A DNA stretch of 64,000 bases from Candidatus Pacearchaeota archaeon (GTDB taxonomy: Archaea; Nanobdellota; Nanobdellia; Pacearchaeales; GW2011-AR1), in NCBI GenBank assembly GCA_040879765.1, contig JBBDJQ010000001.1, positions 333-64,332 of the forward strand. Reading direction: 5' to 3'. Shown here piece by piece: positions 21,708-31,628 of the stretch. A program made the position numbers and the translations under genes. The notes under the pieces are model-generated. The model was not told where the DNA came from. It saw nothing but the letters and a program-made list of their open reading frames with translations, and did no database searches. Within the stretch, counting starts at the first letter, position 1, and every line of letters starts with the position of its first letter.

Positions 21708-22415
21708 ATGAAGATAGTCTTCACCCCTGATTGGTTTCTAAATAATGATATTTTAATTGATGTAATTAGTTTTTTTATACTCTTTGTATTTTTTTTATTT
21801 GCAGTTAAAGGATTTAAAATGACTAATAAAAAAAGTATTCTTTATCTTGGTTTTGGATTTTTATTAATTGCAGTGGGAGAACTTTCAACTATATTGACTA
21901 AACTGGTTCTTTACTATGATACAAGCATAACTAGAGAGATTGGCAGGGCAGTAATTAATTCAAATCTAGTTCCTACAGTAGACATCTTTTATTACGCTGG
22001 ATTTTTCTTTACAAAATTCCTGACTCTTCTTGGAATGTATGTGATTTTCAAAATCCCGCATATTAAAAAATTATCCAGCGAATTTCTTCTGATAATTTAC
22101 TTGCTTTTTATGGTTGCGCTATTTAGCCAAGGAATTCCATTCATTTATGATTTAACTGCCTTAACTCTTCTTACATTAATAGTTAGAAATTATTCTATAA
22201 TTTACAGAGAAAATGAATCAAGAAACACTTTAATTTTAATTTCTGTGTTCTCCCTATTGTGGATAAGCCACTTAATTTTTATATTTTCAAATATCGGTTC
22301 ATTATATATCATTGCTCAAAGCCTTCAATTAGTAAGCTATATAACCATGCTTTTTTTAATAATAAGGATTCTTAAAAATGGAAAAGAAGAGAAACCGAAC
22401 AGACATTCTAAATGA
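21708..22415 (+). CDS. polytopic (about 7 TM) membrane protein
   Basis: about seven hydrophobic segments; overlaps the downstream wHTH gene. Confidence 0.8.
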   Translation: MKIVFTPDWFLNNDILIDVISFFILFVFFLFAVKGFKMTNKKSILYLGFGFLLIAVGELSTILTKLVLYYDTSITREIGRAVINSNLVPTVDIFYYAGFFFTKFLTLLGMYVIFKIPHIKKLSSEFLLIIYLLFMVALFSQGIPFIYDLTALTLLTLIVRNYSIIYRENESRNTLILISVFSLLWISHLIFIFSNIGSLYIIAQSLQLVSYITMLFLIIRILKNGKEEKPNRHSK

Positions 22416-22650
22416 TATGTTGAGGATTCTTAAGGATAGTCGTGGAAAAATTAAGAGAACTCATCTTATGTATAAAGCAAATTTATCCCATAAGCAATTA
22501 AAATTATATTTATACGAATTGCAAAGAAATAAGCTTGTAGAAGATAGGAAAGAGGGTAAGACTAGTTTTATAGCCATAACAAAGAAAGGAATGGAATTCA
22601 TAATACAATATTCCCAGATGAAAGAATTTGAAAAGACTTTTGGATTGTAA
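22378..22650 (+). CDS. winged-helix transcriptional regulator
   Basis: R.R.DI...IL, KRTHLMYKANLS, ITKKG.EF. Confidence 0.88.
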   Translation: MEKKRNRTDILNDMLRILKDSRGKIKRTHLMYKANLSHKQLKLYLYELQRNKLVEDRKEGKTSFIAITKKGMEFIIQYSQMKEFEKTFGL

Positions 22651-22687
22651 TTGAAAAATATAAAAAGTCCAATTTATTATGTTTATT

Positions 22688-22963
22688 ATGAAGAAGGCAA
22701 TTAGACTTTATCTTGAGGGGATTGTTCAAGGAGTTTTTTTTAGAAATTTTGTTAAAGAAAAAGCTGAAGAAAACAATGTTAAGGGTTTTATAAGAAATTT
22801 GGAAAATGGAAGGATAGAAATTTTTATTGAAGGGGATTTAAAAGACGTTGATAGAATGGTTCAAATATGCAAGGACGGCCAAAAGCATTCTCAGATAAAA
22901 AAAGTTGAAGAAAAACCAGAAAGATTTCAAGATTTAAAGAATTTCAAAATTCTACATATTTGA
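22688..22963 (+). CDS. acyP: acylphosphatase
   Basis: G.VQGVFFR, GFIRN..NG.IE. Confidence 0.92.
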   Translation: MKKAIRLYLEGIVQGVFFRNFVKEKAEENNVKGFIRNLENGRIEIFIEGDLKDVDRMVQICKDGQKHSQIKKVEEKPERFQDLKNFKILHI

Positions 22964-23079
22964 GGAAAATATTTTTTTAATTCGACTTAACATCTGGATT
23001 TGATGAAATCGCTAAAGGTTAAAGTCTGCAAGACATGACAAAATCTGATAGATTTTGAGTTCGGGATATTGATTATTTT

Positions 23080-23302
23080 TTATGTTATTTTGTAAACTTT
23101 ATTTTTTAGTCATAAGTTATCTCTTCTCCAACCACTTCATCTTTTTTAAAATACTTTAAAAATTTGGGGTTCTATCTTTACGATACCATCTCCCATAACC
23201 TTCAGATTTACCATCTTATTTTTCCTTTTGAAAAATACTTTTTCAATTTGCATGACATTTAATAATCATGCCCTTTTTTACTTTAGTTTTTTTGGTTTCC
23301 AT
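23080..23302 (-). pseudogene. decayed MORN-variant/YwqK-like repeat gene
   Basis: METKKTKVKKGMIIKCHAN*...DGKSEGYGRWYRKD...EVVGEEITYD* with stops and frameshifts. Confidence 0.5.
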
Positions 23303-23431
23303 ATGTATTTTTCACATATAAAATATATAAAAAAACTTTGAGATTCTATATAGGGTAAAAAATTCATATATAATTTAAAATTCAAATCTAATTATATCAA
23401 AATATAAAAAGTCTTTTTCTTAATTCTTAAC

Positions 23432-23833
23432 ATGATTTATACAAATTCTGATGGAGGTTCAAGAGGTAATCCTGGTGAGGGAGCCATAGGGGCTCTTGTA
23501 AGGAAAGATGATAGTATTTTAGCCATGCATGGAGAAAGAGTTGGAAGAGTTACAAATAATGTTGCAGAATATATAGGACTTATAAGGGCTTTACAATTAG
23601 CATCAACTTTTACAAAAGATGAAGTGACATGCATACTTGATTCTGAGTTAATAGTAAAACAACTTCTTGGAGAGTATAGAGTGAAAAGCGAAACCTTGAT
23701 GAAGTTGTTTTTGAAAGTTCAAGAGCTTCAGGAAAACTTTAGAAAGATAAAATACATCCATGTTAGAAGAGATAACGAATTTCAAAGGATAGTTGATGCA
23801 ATATTAAATATGGAGTTGGATAAAGAAGAATGA
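23432..23833 (+). CDS. rnhA: ribonuclease HI
   Basis: DGGSRGNPG, TNNVAEY, DSELIVKQ. Confidence 0.93.
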   Translation: MIYTNSDGGSRGNPGEGAIGALVRKDDSILAMHGERVGRVTNNVAEYIGLIRALQLASTFTKDEVTCILDSELIVKQLLGEYRVKSETLMKLFLKVQELQENFRKIKYIHVRRDNEFQRIVDAILNMELDKEE

Positions 23834-25338
23834 AAGACAAATTTTTTTGGGCAGACCAAATTGCAGATGAAATAATAAAAGAAAACAAAGGGAAAAAGGA
23901 ATTTGTTTGTGCATCAGGAATTACTCCTTCTGGAATTGTTCATATTGGAAATTTTAGAGAAGTTATAACTACAGATTTAGTTGTTAGATCTTTGAAAGAT
24001 AAAGGGAAAAAAGTCAGATTTATTTATTCCTGGGATGATTTTGATAGATTTAGAAAGGTTCCATCAAATATTCCTAAAAGTATGATTAAAGAATATGAAA
24101 ACTATATTGGGATGCCGGTTAGTGAAATTCCTTCTCCTTTTGTAAAGGGCAAAAGTTATGCCCAGTATTTTGAAGAAGTTTTTGAAAAAGAAATTAAGCA
24201 GGTTGGAATAAAACCAGAATTCATAAGACAAAATATTATGAATAAGAAACATAAATATTCAGAGCTAATAAAAAAAGCCGTTGATGGAAGAAAAGAAATA
24301 ATAAAAATTCTTAATAAATATAGAAAAGAAGATTTGAAGAAAGATTGGATGCCTTTCAATGTTTATTGTCAAAAGTGCAAAAAGGATTCCACAAAGATTA
24401 TTGGGGTGGAAGGATATTTTATAGAATATGAATGTCCACCATGCAGGGAAAAAGATAAGATAGACTATAGGAAAGAAGGCTTGGTTAAATTAGTTTGGAG
24501 GGTTGATTGGCCTGCTCGTTGGTCCTATGAGGGGGTTGAGTTTGAGCCGGGAGGAATAGACCATAGCGCCGATGGAGGTTCTTTTACAACTTCAAAAGAA
24601 GTTGTAAAAAAGATTTATGACTTCAAGGTTCCAAAATATACCTTCTATGAATGGGTTAGGATAAAGGGAGGAACTGAGTTTTCAAGTTCAACAGGAAATG
24701 CCCTTAGCCTTGGAGAGGTTTCAGAAATTTATGAGCCAGAAGTTTTAAGATATTTATTTGTTGGGACAAGACCAAATAAGGGATTTGCAATAAGCTTTGA
24801 TAATGATGTAATAAAAATTTATGATGATTTTGATGATTTAGAAAGAAGATATTTTGATAAGAAAGTAAATCCTCAAGAAAAAAGAATTTATGAATTGTCG
24901 GTTTTAAAATTAGGAAAAAAGAGAAAAGAGAAAACTAGTTTTAGGCATTTGACTACCTTGGTTCAAATAGGTAAAATGGAGGGGTTAAGTAAAGAAGATA
25001 AAATTCGTGCAAAGAAGGTCAAGAACTGGTTAGAAAAATATGCTCCTGATGAAATGAAATTTGAATTTCAAGAAAAAATAAAAATTGAATTAACAGATAA
25101 AGAAAAACTTTCTCTAAATTTACTTAAAGATTCTTTAAAGAAGAAGAAATTAAAAACTCCAGACGATTTACTCAATGAGTTTTACAATATTTCTCAAGAG
25201 GCAGAAATACAAACTAAGGAATTTTTTCAAACCGCATACCAAGTTTTGATTGGTAAAACTCGAGGACCAAGATTAGCCGATTTAATTCTTTTTATTGGAA
25301 AGGAAAAAATTATTAAACTTCTAGAATTAATTAAGTAG
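23830..25338 (+). CDS. lysS: lysine--tRNA ligase, class I
   Basis: FWAD, GITPSG.VHIGN, WRVDWP.RW, FEP.G.DH, GPRL. Confidence 0.97.
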   Translation: MKDKFFWADQIADEIIKENKGKKEFVCASGITPSGIVHIGNFREVITTDLVVRSLKDKGKKVRFIYSWDDFDRFRKVPSNIPKSMIKEYENYIGMPVSEIPSPFVKGKSYAQYFEEVFEKEIKQVGIKPEFIRQNIMNKKHKYSELIKKAVDGRKEIIKILNKYRKEDLKKDWMPFNVYCQKCKKDSTKIIGVEGYFIEYECPPCREKDKIDYRKEGLVKLVWRVDWPARWSYEGVEFEPGGIDHSADGGSFTTSKEVVKKIYDFKVPKYTFYEWVRIKGGTEFSSSTGNALSLGEVSEIYEPEVLRYLFVGTRPNKGFAISFDNDVIKIYDDFDDLERRYFDKKVNPQEKRIYELSVLKLGKKRKEKTSFRHLTTLVQIGKMEGLSKEDKIRAKKVKNWLEKYAPDEMKFEFQEKIKIELTDKEKLSLNLLKDSLKKKKLKTPDDLLNEFYNISQEAEIQTKEFFQTAYQVLIGKTRGPRLADLILFIGKEKIIKLLELIK

Positions 25339-25788
25339 ATGGCGAAAAAGAGAGTTCTAAGCAAAGCTGCGAGATTACTTGAGAATGCTAGAGAATCTGC
25401 TAAAAGAGCTAGGGAAAGTGGAAATGAAACTGATGCACCTTTGAAACTATATGGGGGGGCAGTTAAAGAATATAGAATAAGAGGAAATGATCCTTTGGCT
25501 GATAAAATTGCAAGAGAATCTATTGCGTATGCAAGAGAGATGCATCAAAGAAATGAGAAAGATGAAGCAGATTCCAATTATGAGGGAAGGTTTGAAAGGA
25601 AGGCAAGTTATGCTTTTGTTATTTTAGGAATATTTACTGGATTATTTTTCTTGCACCCAAATATAACTGGGAGCGCAATAGCAGGATTATCTGAAGAAGC
25701 TTCGAATTCTATTGGAGGGTTTTTAGTTCTTTTTGGAATTCTTGGAGCTTTTTTGTTTTATGTAAGGAAGAAAAAAGTGAAGAAATAA
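25339..25788 (+). CDS. hypothetical membrane protein with an ITGxAI motif
   Basis: two C-terminal TM helices flanking NITGSAIA. Confidence 0.7.
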   Translation: MAKKRVLSKAARLLENARESAKRARESGNETDAPLKLYGGAVKEYRIRGNDPLADKIARESIAYAREMHQRNEKDEADSNYEGRFERKASYAFVILGIFTGLFFLHPNITGSAIAGLSEEASNSIGGFLVLFGILGAFLFYVRKKKVKK

Positions 25789-25792
25789 TAAA

Positions 25793-25978
25793 ATGTCAAT
25801 AGTTGTTAAATCAAATATAAAAAAAGTCGTGAAAGAATTAGACAAAGAAGATTCTGTTTCTAGTGTTGCAGAAGAAGTAGGAACGGCTTTGGAAAGAAAG
25901 GTAGAAGAAATTTTAGACGATGCCATAAAGCGGACAAAGGCAAATGGTAGAAGGACTTTACAAGCAAGAGATCTTTAG
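25793..25978 (+). CDS. small histone-fold protein (DUF1931-like)
   Basis: AIKRTKANGRRTLQARDL histone-fold C-terminal signature. Confidence 0.8.
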   Translation: MSIVVKSNIKKVVKELDKEDSVSSVAEEVGTALERKVEEILDDAIKRTKANGRRTLQARDL

Positions 25979-25979
25979 A

Positions 25980-26573
25980 ATGGAATTAAAAAAAGGACAA
26001 CTAGCAATACTTCTCATAAATTTATTTTTAGTTACAATATTTAGTTTTCTTGCTTTTAAGAAAAGTAATTACGAATTCATATTCTATATCCTCATAATAA
26101 TCATTTTGCTTATTTTGGTTTTAGTGACTAATAAAAAAAATAACTTGAGTAATTTTGTTTTATGGGGTTTAACTGGTTGGGCATTTTTACATATGTTCGG
26201 AGGAATTATAAGAATTGATGGAGTAATAGTTTACGGGCATGTTTTATTAAAGATAATTGAAACCCAAAATTTCACAATACTTCGATACGACCAGCTCGTT
26301 CACGCATATGGCTTTGGAATTGCCACAATTGTTGGATATGGTTTACTGAAACCAAACCTTAAACAAAAAGTTAACTGGAAAGTCCTTTCATTCATGCTTG
26401 TTTTTATAGGGATGGGTTTAGGAGTTGTGAATGAGCTTGTAGAATTTATGGCAGTTCTTGCTCTTCCAGAAACAGGAGTGGGCGGATACTATAATACTTT
26501 GTTTGATTTAACATTCAATACAATAGGTTCAATCATTGCAGTAATTATCATAAATCTAAAAAAAGACCTGTAA
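25980..26573 (+). CDS. DUF2238-like membrane protein
   Basis: NYEF, LH..GG, YDQLVH.YGF, NELVEF, DL.FN. Confidence 0.75.
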   Translation: MELKKGQLAILLINLFLVTIFSFLAFKKSNYEFIFYILIIIILLILVLVTNKKNNLSNFVLWGLTGWAFLHMFGGIIRIDGVIVYGHVLLKIIETQNFTILRYDQLVHAYGFGIATIVGYGLLKPNLKQKVNWKVLSFMLVFIGMGLGVVNELVEFMAVLALPETGVGGYYNTLFDLTFNTIGSIIAVIIINLKKDL

Positions 26574-26607
26574 AAAACTTTTTATACTCCCTAATTTCTG
26601 AATATAT

Positions 26608-26964
26608 ATGGTAGAGAATAATAATGCAGAAAAATCTAATGTGGTTGCCTTACATAGAGAAGATTCTGCAAATTCCAGTGTGGAAAATTTAAATATCTAT
26701 GAAAGGCTTGGAGAAACAGATAAAGAAAAAGAATCTGCTCTTACAAAAATTGTTCAAAGTTCAACTCCCATCTCAAGAAGGTTATTTGATAAGTCATTCA
26801 GGGTAAACACCTATAGGGCTTTCATGCAAAGTAATTTTAATTTAGAAGAATTGGGAGATAGCCATGCAAGAGAATATGAATATGGAAATTTGGAATTTAG
26901 AAAGAAAAGACCCCTGTTCAGAAAGGTTAGAAAAATTTTAAAAAGAGAATACAACATAGAATGA
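26608..26964 (+). CDS. hypothetical protein
   Basis: ORF with an upstream TATA box. Confidence 0.55.
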   Translation: MVENNNAEKSNVVALHREDSANSSVENLNIYERLGETDKEKESALTKIVQSSTPISRRLFDKSFRVNTYRAFMQSNFNLEELGDSHAREYEYGNLEFRKKRPLFRKVRKILKREYNIE

Positions 26965-26993
26965 TTTATAATTCTTGAGTTCTAAAACTAATT

Positions 26994-27395
26994 ATGCCTA
27001 AGAACAAAGCAAAGGGGAGTAAAATTGAGCGGGAGTTATTTCAAAAATTTATTGATTCTAAAGTTTATAGAGTTGTAAGAGTTGCTGGAAGCGGGATGAT
27101 GGAAAATGCTGATTGTGATTTAATTGCTGGAAGAGTTGGAAAGATGAGAAAAAAATATGCGATAGAGGTCAAATCTTCTAAAAGTCCTGTAAAGTATATT
27201 AGCAAAGATCAAATAGAAAGATTTATTATTTTTTCTTCTATTTTTGAATTAAAACCGGTGATAGCTCTGAGATTCAATAGGGAAGGTTGGCTTTTTATAC
27301 ACCCAAAAGAATTAGAAGATTCTGGGAAGAATTGGAAGATTACTTTAGAAAAAGCCAAGGAAAGAGGAAAAAAATTTTCACAATACTTTGGATAG
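26994..27395 (+). CDS. hjc: Holliday junction resolvase
   Basis: KG...ERE, VVR.AGSG, DLIA, IEVK. Confidence 0.92.
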   Translation: MPKNKAKGSKIERELFQKFIDSKVYRVVRVAGSGMMENADCDLIAGRVGKMRKKYAIEVKSSKSPVKYISKDQIERFIIFSSIFELKPVIALRFNREGWLFIHPKELEDSGKNWKITLEKAKERGKKFSQYFG

Positions 27396-27439
27396 TCAAG
27401 AATAATAATTTTTATAATGATAAGATTACTTTTTAATTT

Positions 27440-27946
27440 ATGAAATCCTTTGTTTTGCTAGCATTTATGTTAGTATTATTTCCAGCTATTTTGGCAGGTT
27501 GTGAAAAAAATCAGATAGATATAAATTCTGCCTCACTTTCTGAATTAGATGATCTTTATGGAATTGGCGAAGTTAAGGCTCAAGCGATAATTGATTCAAG
27601 ATATTTTGATTCTGTTGATGACTTAATTGAAGTTTATGGTATTGGTGAAAAAACTCTTGAGCAAATTAAATCACAAGGATTAGCCTGCGTGGATGATGAG
27701 AATAATTCAGAAGAAACTAAGGAAGAAGAAATTGAGGAAATAAAAACAGAAAATTTAAAATCTAATAAAGAAGAAATTCCAAAGACTCCCGAGGTTATTT
27801 TACTAAACCCAAAAGATATAAAAACTGAAGATAATGTAAAATTGGATAAGAATGATTATGCTTTTTATGGGCTTGTAGGCTTCTGTATTTTTATAGCATT
27901 TTTATTTTTTATGAGAAAGGATAAATTCAAAAATGAGTTCGGATGA
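27440..27946 (+). CDS. ComEA-like helix-hairpin-helix DNA-binding membrane protein
   Basis: IDINSAS..ELDDL.GIG..KAQAII...V.GIGEKTL; signal peptide and C-terminal TM. Confidence 0.85.
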   Translation: MKSFVLLAFMLVLFPAILAGCEKNQIDINSASLSELDDLYGIGEVKAQAIIDSRYFDSVDDLIEVYGIGEKTLEQIKSQGLACVDDENNSEETKEEEIEEIKTENLKSNKEEIPKTPEVILLNPKDIKTEDNVKLDKNDYAFYGLVGFCIFIAFLFFMRKDKFKNEFG

Positions 27947-28406
27947 AGAAACAAAAGGGATAAGTGCTTTGTTAATAGTGGAAGTTATAGGAAAACCTCC
28001 AGAACATTTGATTCAAACCTTGGAAGACATTTCAAAGAAGATTGATGACGAAAAAGGGGTCAAAGTTATTTCTAAGAAAATAAACGAACCCAAATTAATG
28101 AAAGATCAAAAAGATTTTTACACCACTTTTGCTGAAATTGAAGTTGAAACTGAAGAGATTTTTGATTTGGTAATACTAATGTTCAAATATATGCCTGCCC
28201 ATATTGAAATTCTTTCTCCAGAAGTTATTGCTTTAACAAATAATGGATGGAATGAAGTTTTGAACGAAGTTACAAGGAGGCTTCATAGTTATGATGAAAT
28301 TGCAAGAATAATTCAAACAGAAAAAGGAATTCTTGAAAAGAAGCTTAAAGAATTAATGGGATCTCAAGGGGCTCCTAAAGCTTCTTCAAAATCTAAAAAG
28401 AAATAG
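27933..28406 (+). CDS. hypothetical protein
   Basis: 157-aa ORF, translationally coupled; IVEVIGKP...YMPAHIEI. Confidence 0.75.
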   Translation: MSSDEETKGISALLIVEVIGKPPEHLIQTLEDISKKIDDEKGVKVISKKINEPKLMKDQKDFYTTFAEIEVETEEIFDLVILMFKYMPAHIEILSPEVIALTNNGWNEVLNEVTRRLHSYDEIARIIQTEKGILEKKLKELMGSQGAPKASSKSKKK

Positions 28407-29699
28407 TTATCTTTTCTTTTTTCCAAATTTAAAGAAATCAACAGATTTTAATTGTCTATTATATCTCTTAAAGTAAAACCAAACCACCCCGATGATGATT
28501 AAAGTTATAATGGCCCATCCGATAATCTTTCCAGAATTGCTCTCCTTTGTTTCTTCGCAGATTCCTAAACAGCAAATTCCATCTTTAGCTATGTTTCTCT
28601 CTCCAGAACAAGTTTGACCTTCAGAACAAACCAATCCACCTAAATCCTCGCAAAGCTCTGAAGATTTGTCCGGAATATTTTCTATTGGTTCTCCATTTTC
28701 ATCAAGAGGGATGAATTCTGGAATGAAATCCAAGAAAACAATCGCATTGGTTGAAAACTCTGCGTTCTTTGAGATGGCAACAATTTCCCCATTTATTTTT
28801 AAGGGTTCATCTCCAGAAGCAACATATACAAAAATAAGTTTAGAAGAGTTTGCCGGAATTTCATCAATTTCATAAGTAGATAATTCGATGAAAGGTTCTA
28901 GATTACTTGAAACTAAAAGGGAGATATTTTGTACACTTGTTTTTCCAGGATTTTTTAATTTAATTAGCCTTTCTGTTTCTGAATTTGTGGAAATAGAAAC
29001 ATCTATTACAGAATTATCAAAGCTAATTTGTTTGGTTTCTGGCAAAACTCCTTTAACCAAAACATAAGCTGGAATTTCATAAGAAAAATTTCCATAATCA
29101 GAAGTGCTAAATTTTATATAAGTTAAGTTAATTGATTCATATTCTTTTATCTCAAAATCTATTTTTCTTACATTATTTCCTTCTAAGTTAAATGAATAAA
29201 CTTCTGGAAGAACTAAATTTTCGAATCCTACTTCAAGTTGAATTTTAATTTCCAAATCTAAACTTACAAAGCTTTCTAATTCTAAAGAAAAATCTTCAGC
29301 TGTATAAACGAATCCTGGATCTATTGTAAATGGGGCTTGCTCTGATGAAATTGTAAAATTTTTTATTATATCTTCTTCAACCAATTCTTTTGATTCATAA
29401 AACCTAGCGTCTTCAATTAACAAAGAATAATTTCCAGGTTCTTTACCTTTAAGTTGGGCGTAAACAAAGAAATCATCATCTATTTCCATAATCGTATATG
29501 GGATTGAGGTTACAACGTGCCCTCTTGTCAAGAAAGTTATGTCTCCTTGAGAAACAGTTTCATAAAAATCTCCAGAGATTACAGCGATTAAAGTTTCATC
29601 CTGTCTAAATTCGGATTTCATATTTACATCTACTGATGAAATAAAAGGCATCAAAAATATAAAAGAAGCTAAAATTAAAAATATAAATAAATTCCTCAT
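28407..29699 (-). CDS. surface protein, beta-rich with a Cys-rich module and C-terminal TM
   Basis: signal peptide; CEDLGGLVC...C...CC...C; TM with basic tail. Confidence 0.8.
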   Translation of the reverse strand: MRNLFIFLILASFIFLMPFISSVDVNMKSEFRQDETLIAVISGDFYETVSQGDITFLTRGHVVTSIPYTIMEIDDDFFVYAQLKGKEPGNYSLLIEDARFYESKELVEEDIIKNFTISSEQAPFTIDPGFVYTAEDFSLELESFVSLDLEIKIQLEVGFENLVLPEVYSFNLEGNNVRKIDFEIKEYESINLTYIKFSTSDYGNFSYEIPAYVLVKGVLPETKQISFDNSVIDVSISTNSETERLIKLKNPGKTSVQNISLLVSSNLEPFIELSTYEIDEIPANSSKLIFVYVASGDEPLKINGEIVAISKNAEFSTNAIVFLDFIPEFIPLDENGEPIENIPDKSSELCEDLGGLVCSEGQTCSGERNIAKDGICCLGICEETKESNSGKIIGWAIITLIIIGVVWFYFKRYNRQLKSVDFFKFGKKKR

Positions 29700-29743
29700 C
29701 CTTGCATTAAGAAAAATTAGTTAATAAGTTTTTTTATGCAAAA

Positions 29744-31594
29744 TTATTTTCCAATTTCTTTAAGTCTCTTTAGAACATCGTCTAATTCTCCTCTTGGTTT
29801 TTGTGGAGATGTCCTTGGAGGATTTGGTCTTGTTGCAGGGAGTATTGGTGCTTTTTGGACATTTCTTCTTATTGGTCTCCTTAATAATCTGGAAGGTCTT
29901 GACATTGGCCTTTGAAAAGGTCCTTTTTTGTCTTTTGAAAATTTAGATTTCATTCTAAAAAATAAAACTTTTAAATTCTCTCTGAAAATTATTGCCAATA
30001 CAACCAAGATTATCAAAATGAGCAACACCAAAATCCAAACTAATGAACTTCCCCCAGAACTTGAATCAGATTCAGGTAAACAGCAAGCATCGGAACTAAA
30101 AGAACAACTTAGACTAAAAGATTCTTCTTCTCCTACCTGGCATCCATTGACTCTGCATTCTCCTCCTGAGGATTCACAAGCTCCTTCACTGCCCGAGGGA
30201 GGCGCTTGACAAGAACCTGAAACACAGCAACTTTGTCCGAAAGACAATCCTGAAGCTGGAACTTCGGCAGAACCTATACCGACGCAAACCTGACTCTGGG
30301 AGCAAACATTTCCTCCTTGGTCAGAACATGTTTCAATTGGGGTTTGTTGGGAACAACACACAAAACTTCCAGAGCAAGAATAACCTGGAAGTATATCTCC
30401 ATTGCAATTTATGCTGGAAGAACAAAAGTATCCTGAATTTTGACAATTAAGATTTGGAACGTCACTCCCATTACCTATTCCTCCAGAACCATTTCCTTGG
30501 AAGAATGAATCTCTTGGCCAAAGAGAATTCAAGATGAATGCTGTGTTTCTTATATTTCCAGAATCCCAACATCCATCCGGGTTTTGTGCTTCGTTCAAAA
30601 GCCAATCTTCCGAATCTTTTTTTTGTAAAACTTCTTCAAATTGAAGTGGAAAAAGTGCAAGAGCAGTTCCATAAAATCTATCATTGAGAGAAGTCCACCA
30701 TTTATTATTAATTTGTTTTGCCAAAAGTTGATTTCTGTAGGTTGTATCTCCAGTTATAAAATAAAGGAAAGCTTCTGGAAGAAGATTTTGATTATCTTCT
30801 GCAGACGCCGTTAGGTATTGTAAATAATTTGAAGTTTCCTCTCCAGCAATGCTCAATGCCATTGAGGCCCAGAGACTTCCTTCATAATTACAAGAACCAA
30901 CAGATGTTGAAAAGCAAAGCGAATTTATTTTTTCTGTTGTCACTCCTCCTGCAGATGCTGAAGAGGTTTGTTCAGAAACATAAATAGTTTCTGAATCTTG
31001 AGTTTGATAAAGTAAGGTTGTGATAAAAGATTGGTCACAAGAAATTGTAAAGTTTGCGTCGTAACAAGTAGGATTTATTTCCATCCAATATCCCCCAGAA
31101 TCTATTGAAAGACAGCCTCCACCAATTAAAGAGTCTATTGATTTGTCTTCGTTAATTTCAATAGTATTTGAATTTACTGAGATCACTTCACAAGCAGTTG
31201 CCTCTTGAGAATCTATTTCTAAAAACCAATCCAATCCTTCAGAAGGCCTTTCCTGGTCTAAAATCCAATCTCTGGCTTCATCCGAATCTGAACGAGAATT
31301 TCCTAATCCGATTAAAATTTGGGAAGTATATTTTAAATCTCCAAGGTATCTTGGATTGTCTAGAGCTTCATCTCGGCATTGTCCTATCGCTAAAAAAGAA
31401 AAAGTCAACTCCTCTGGAGAAAGATTTTCACATTCTCTTTCTTCGATTTCATCATTCAAACAAGAGTAAGCAGCATTAATTTTACAATTCTCATCTTCAT
31501 CCCCACATCCTTCTGCCTGGGCATTAATTAATGAGAGAGCTAAAACAGATACAAACAAAACTAATGTAATCAATAAAAGCCTCTTTTTTACCAT
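29744..31594 (-). CDS. surface protein: alpha/alpha-toroid-like domain, three Cys-rich repeats, TM
   Basis: WLLNEAQNPDGCW (QW-like motif); CxxxG(G)xC...CC repeats; Pro/Arg-rich cytoplasmic tail. Confidence 0.8.
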   Translation of the reverse strand: MVKKRLLLITLVLFVSVLALSLINAQAEGCGDEDENCKINAAYSCLNDEIEERECENLSPEELTFSFLAIGQCRDEALDNPRYLGDLKYTSQILIGLGNSRSDSDEARDWILDQERPSEGLDWFLEIDSQEATACEVISVNSNTIEINEDKSIDSLIGGGCLSIDSGGYWMEINPTCYDANFTISCDQSFITTLLYQTQDSETIYVSEQTSSASAGGVTTEKINSLCFSTSVGSCNYEGSLWASMALSIAGEETSNYLQYLTASAEDNQNLLPEAFLYFITGDTTYRNQLLAKQINNKWWTSLNDRFYGTALALFPLQFEEVLQKKDSEDWLLNEAQNPDGCWDSGNIRNTAFILNSLWPRDSFFQGNGSGGIGNGSDVPNLNCQNSGYFCSSSINCNGDILPGYSCSGSFVCCSQQTPIETCSDQGGNVCSQSQVCVGIGSAEVPASGLSFGQSCCVSGSCQAPPSGSEGACESSGGECRVNGCQVGEEESFSLSCSFSSDACCLPESDSSSGGSSLVWILVLLILIILVVLAIIFRENLKVLFFRMKSKFSKDKKGPFQRPMSRPSRLLRRPIRRNVQKAPILPATRPNPPRTSPQKPRGELDDVLKRLKEIGK

Positions 31595-31628
31595 TAGTTA
31601 AACAGAGTAATCTAGTTTTTAAAATTTC

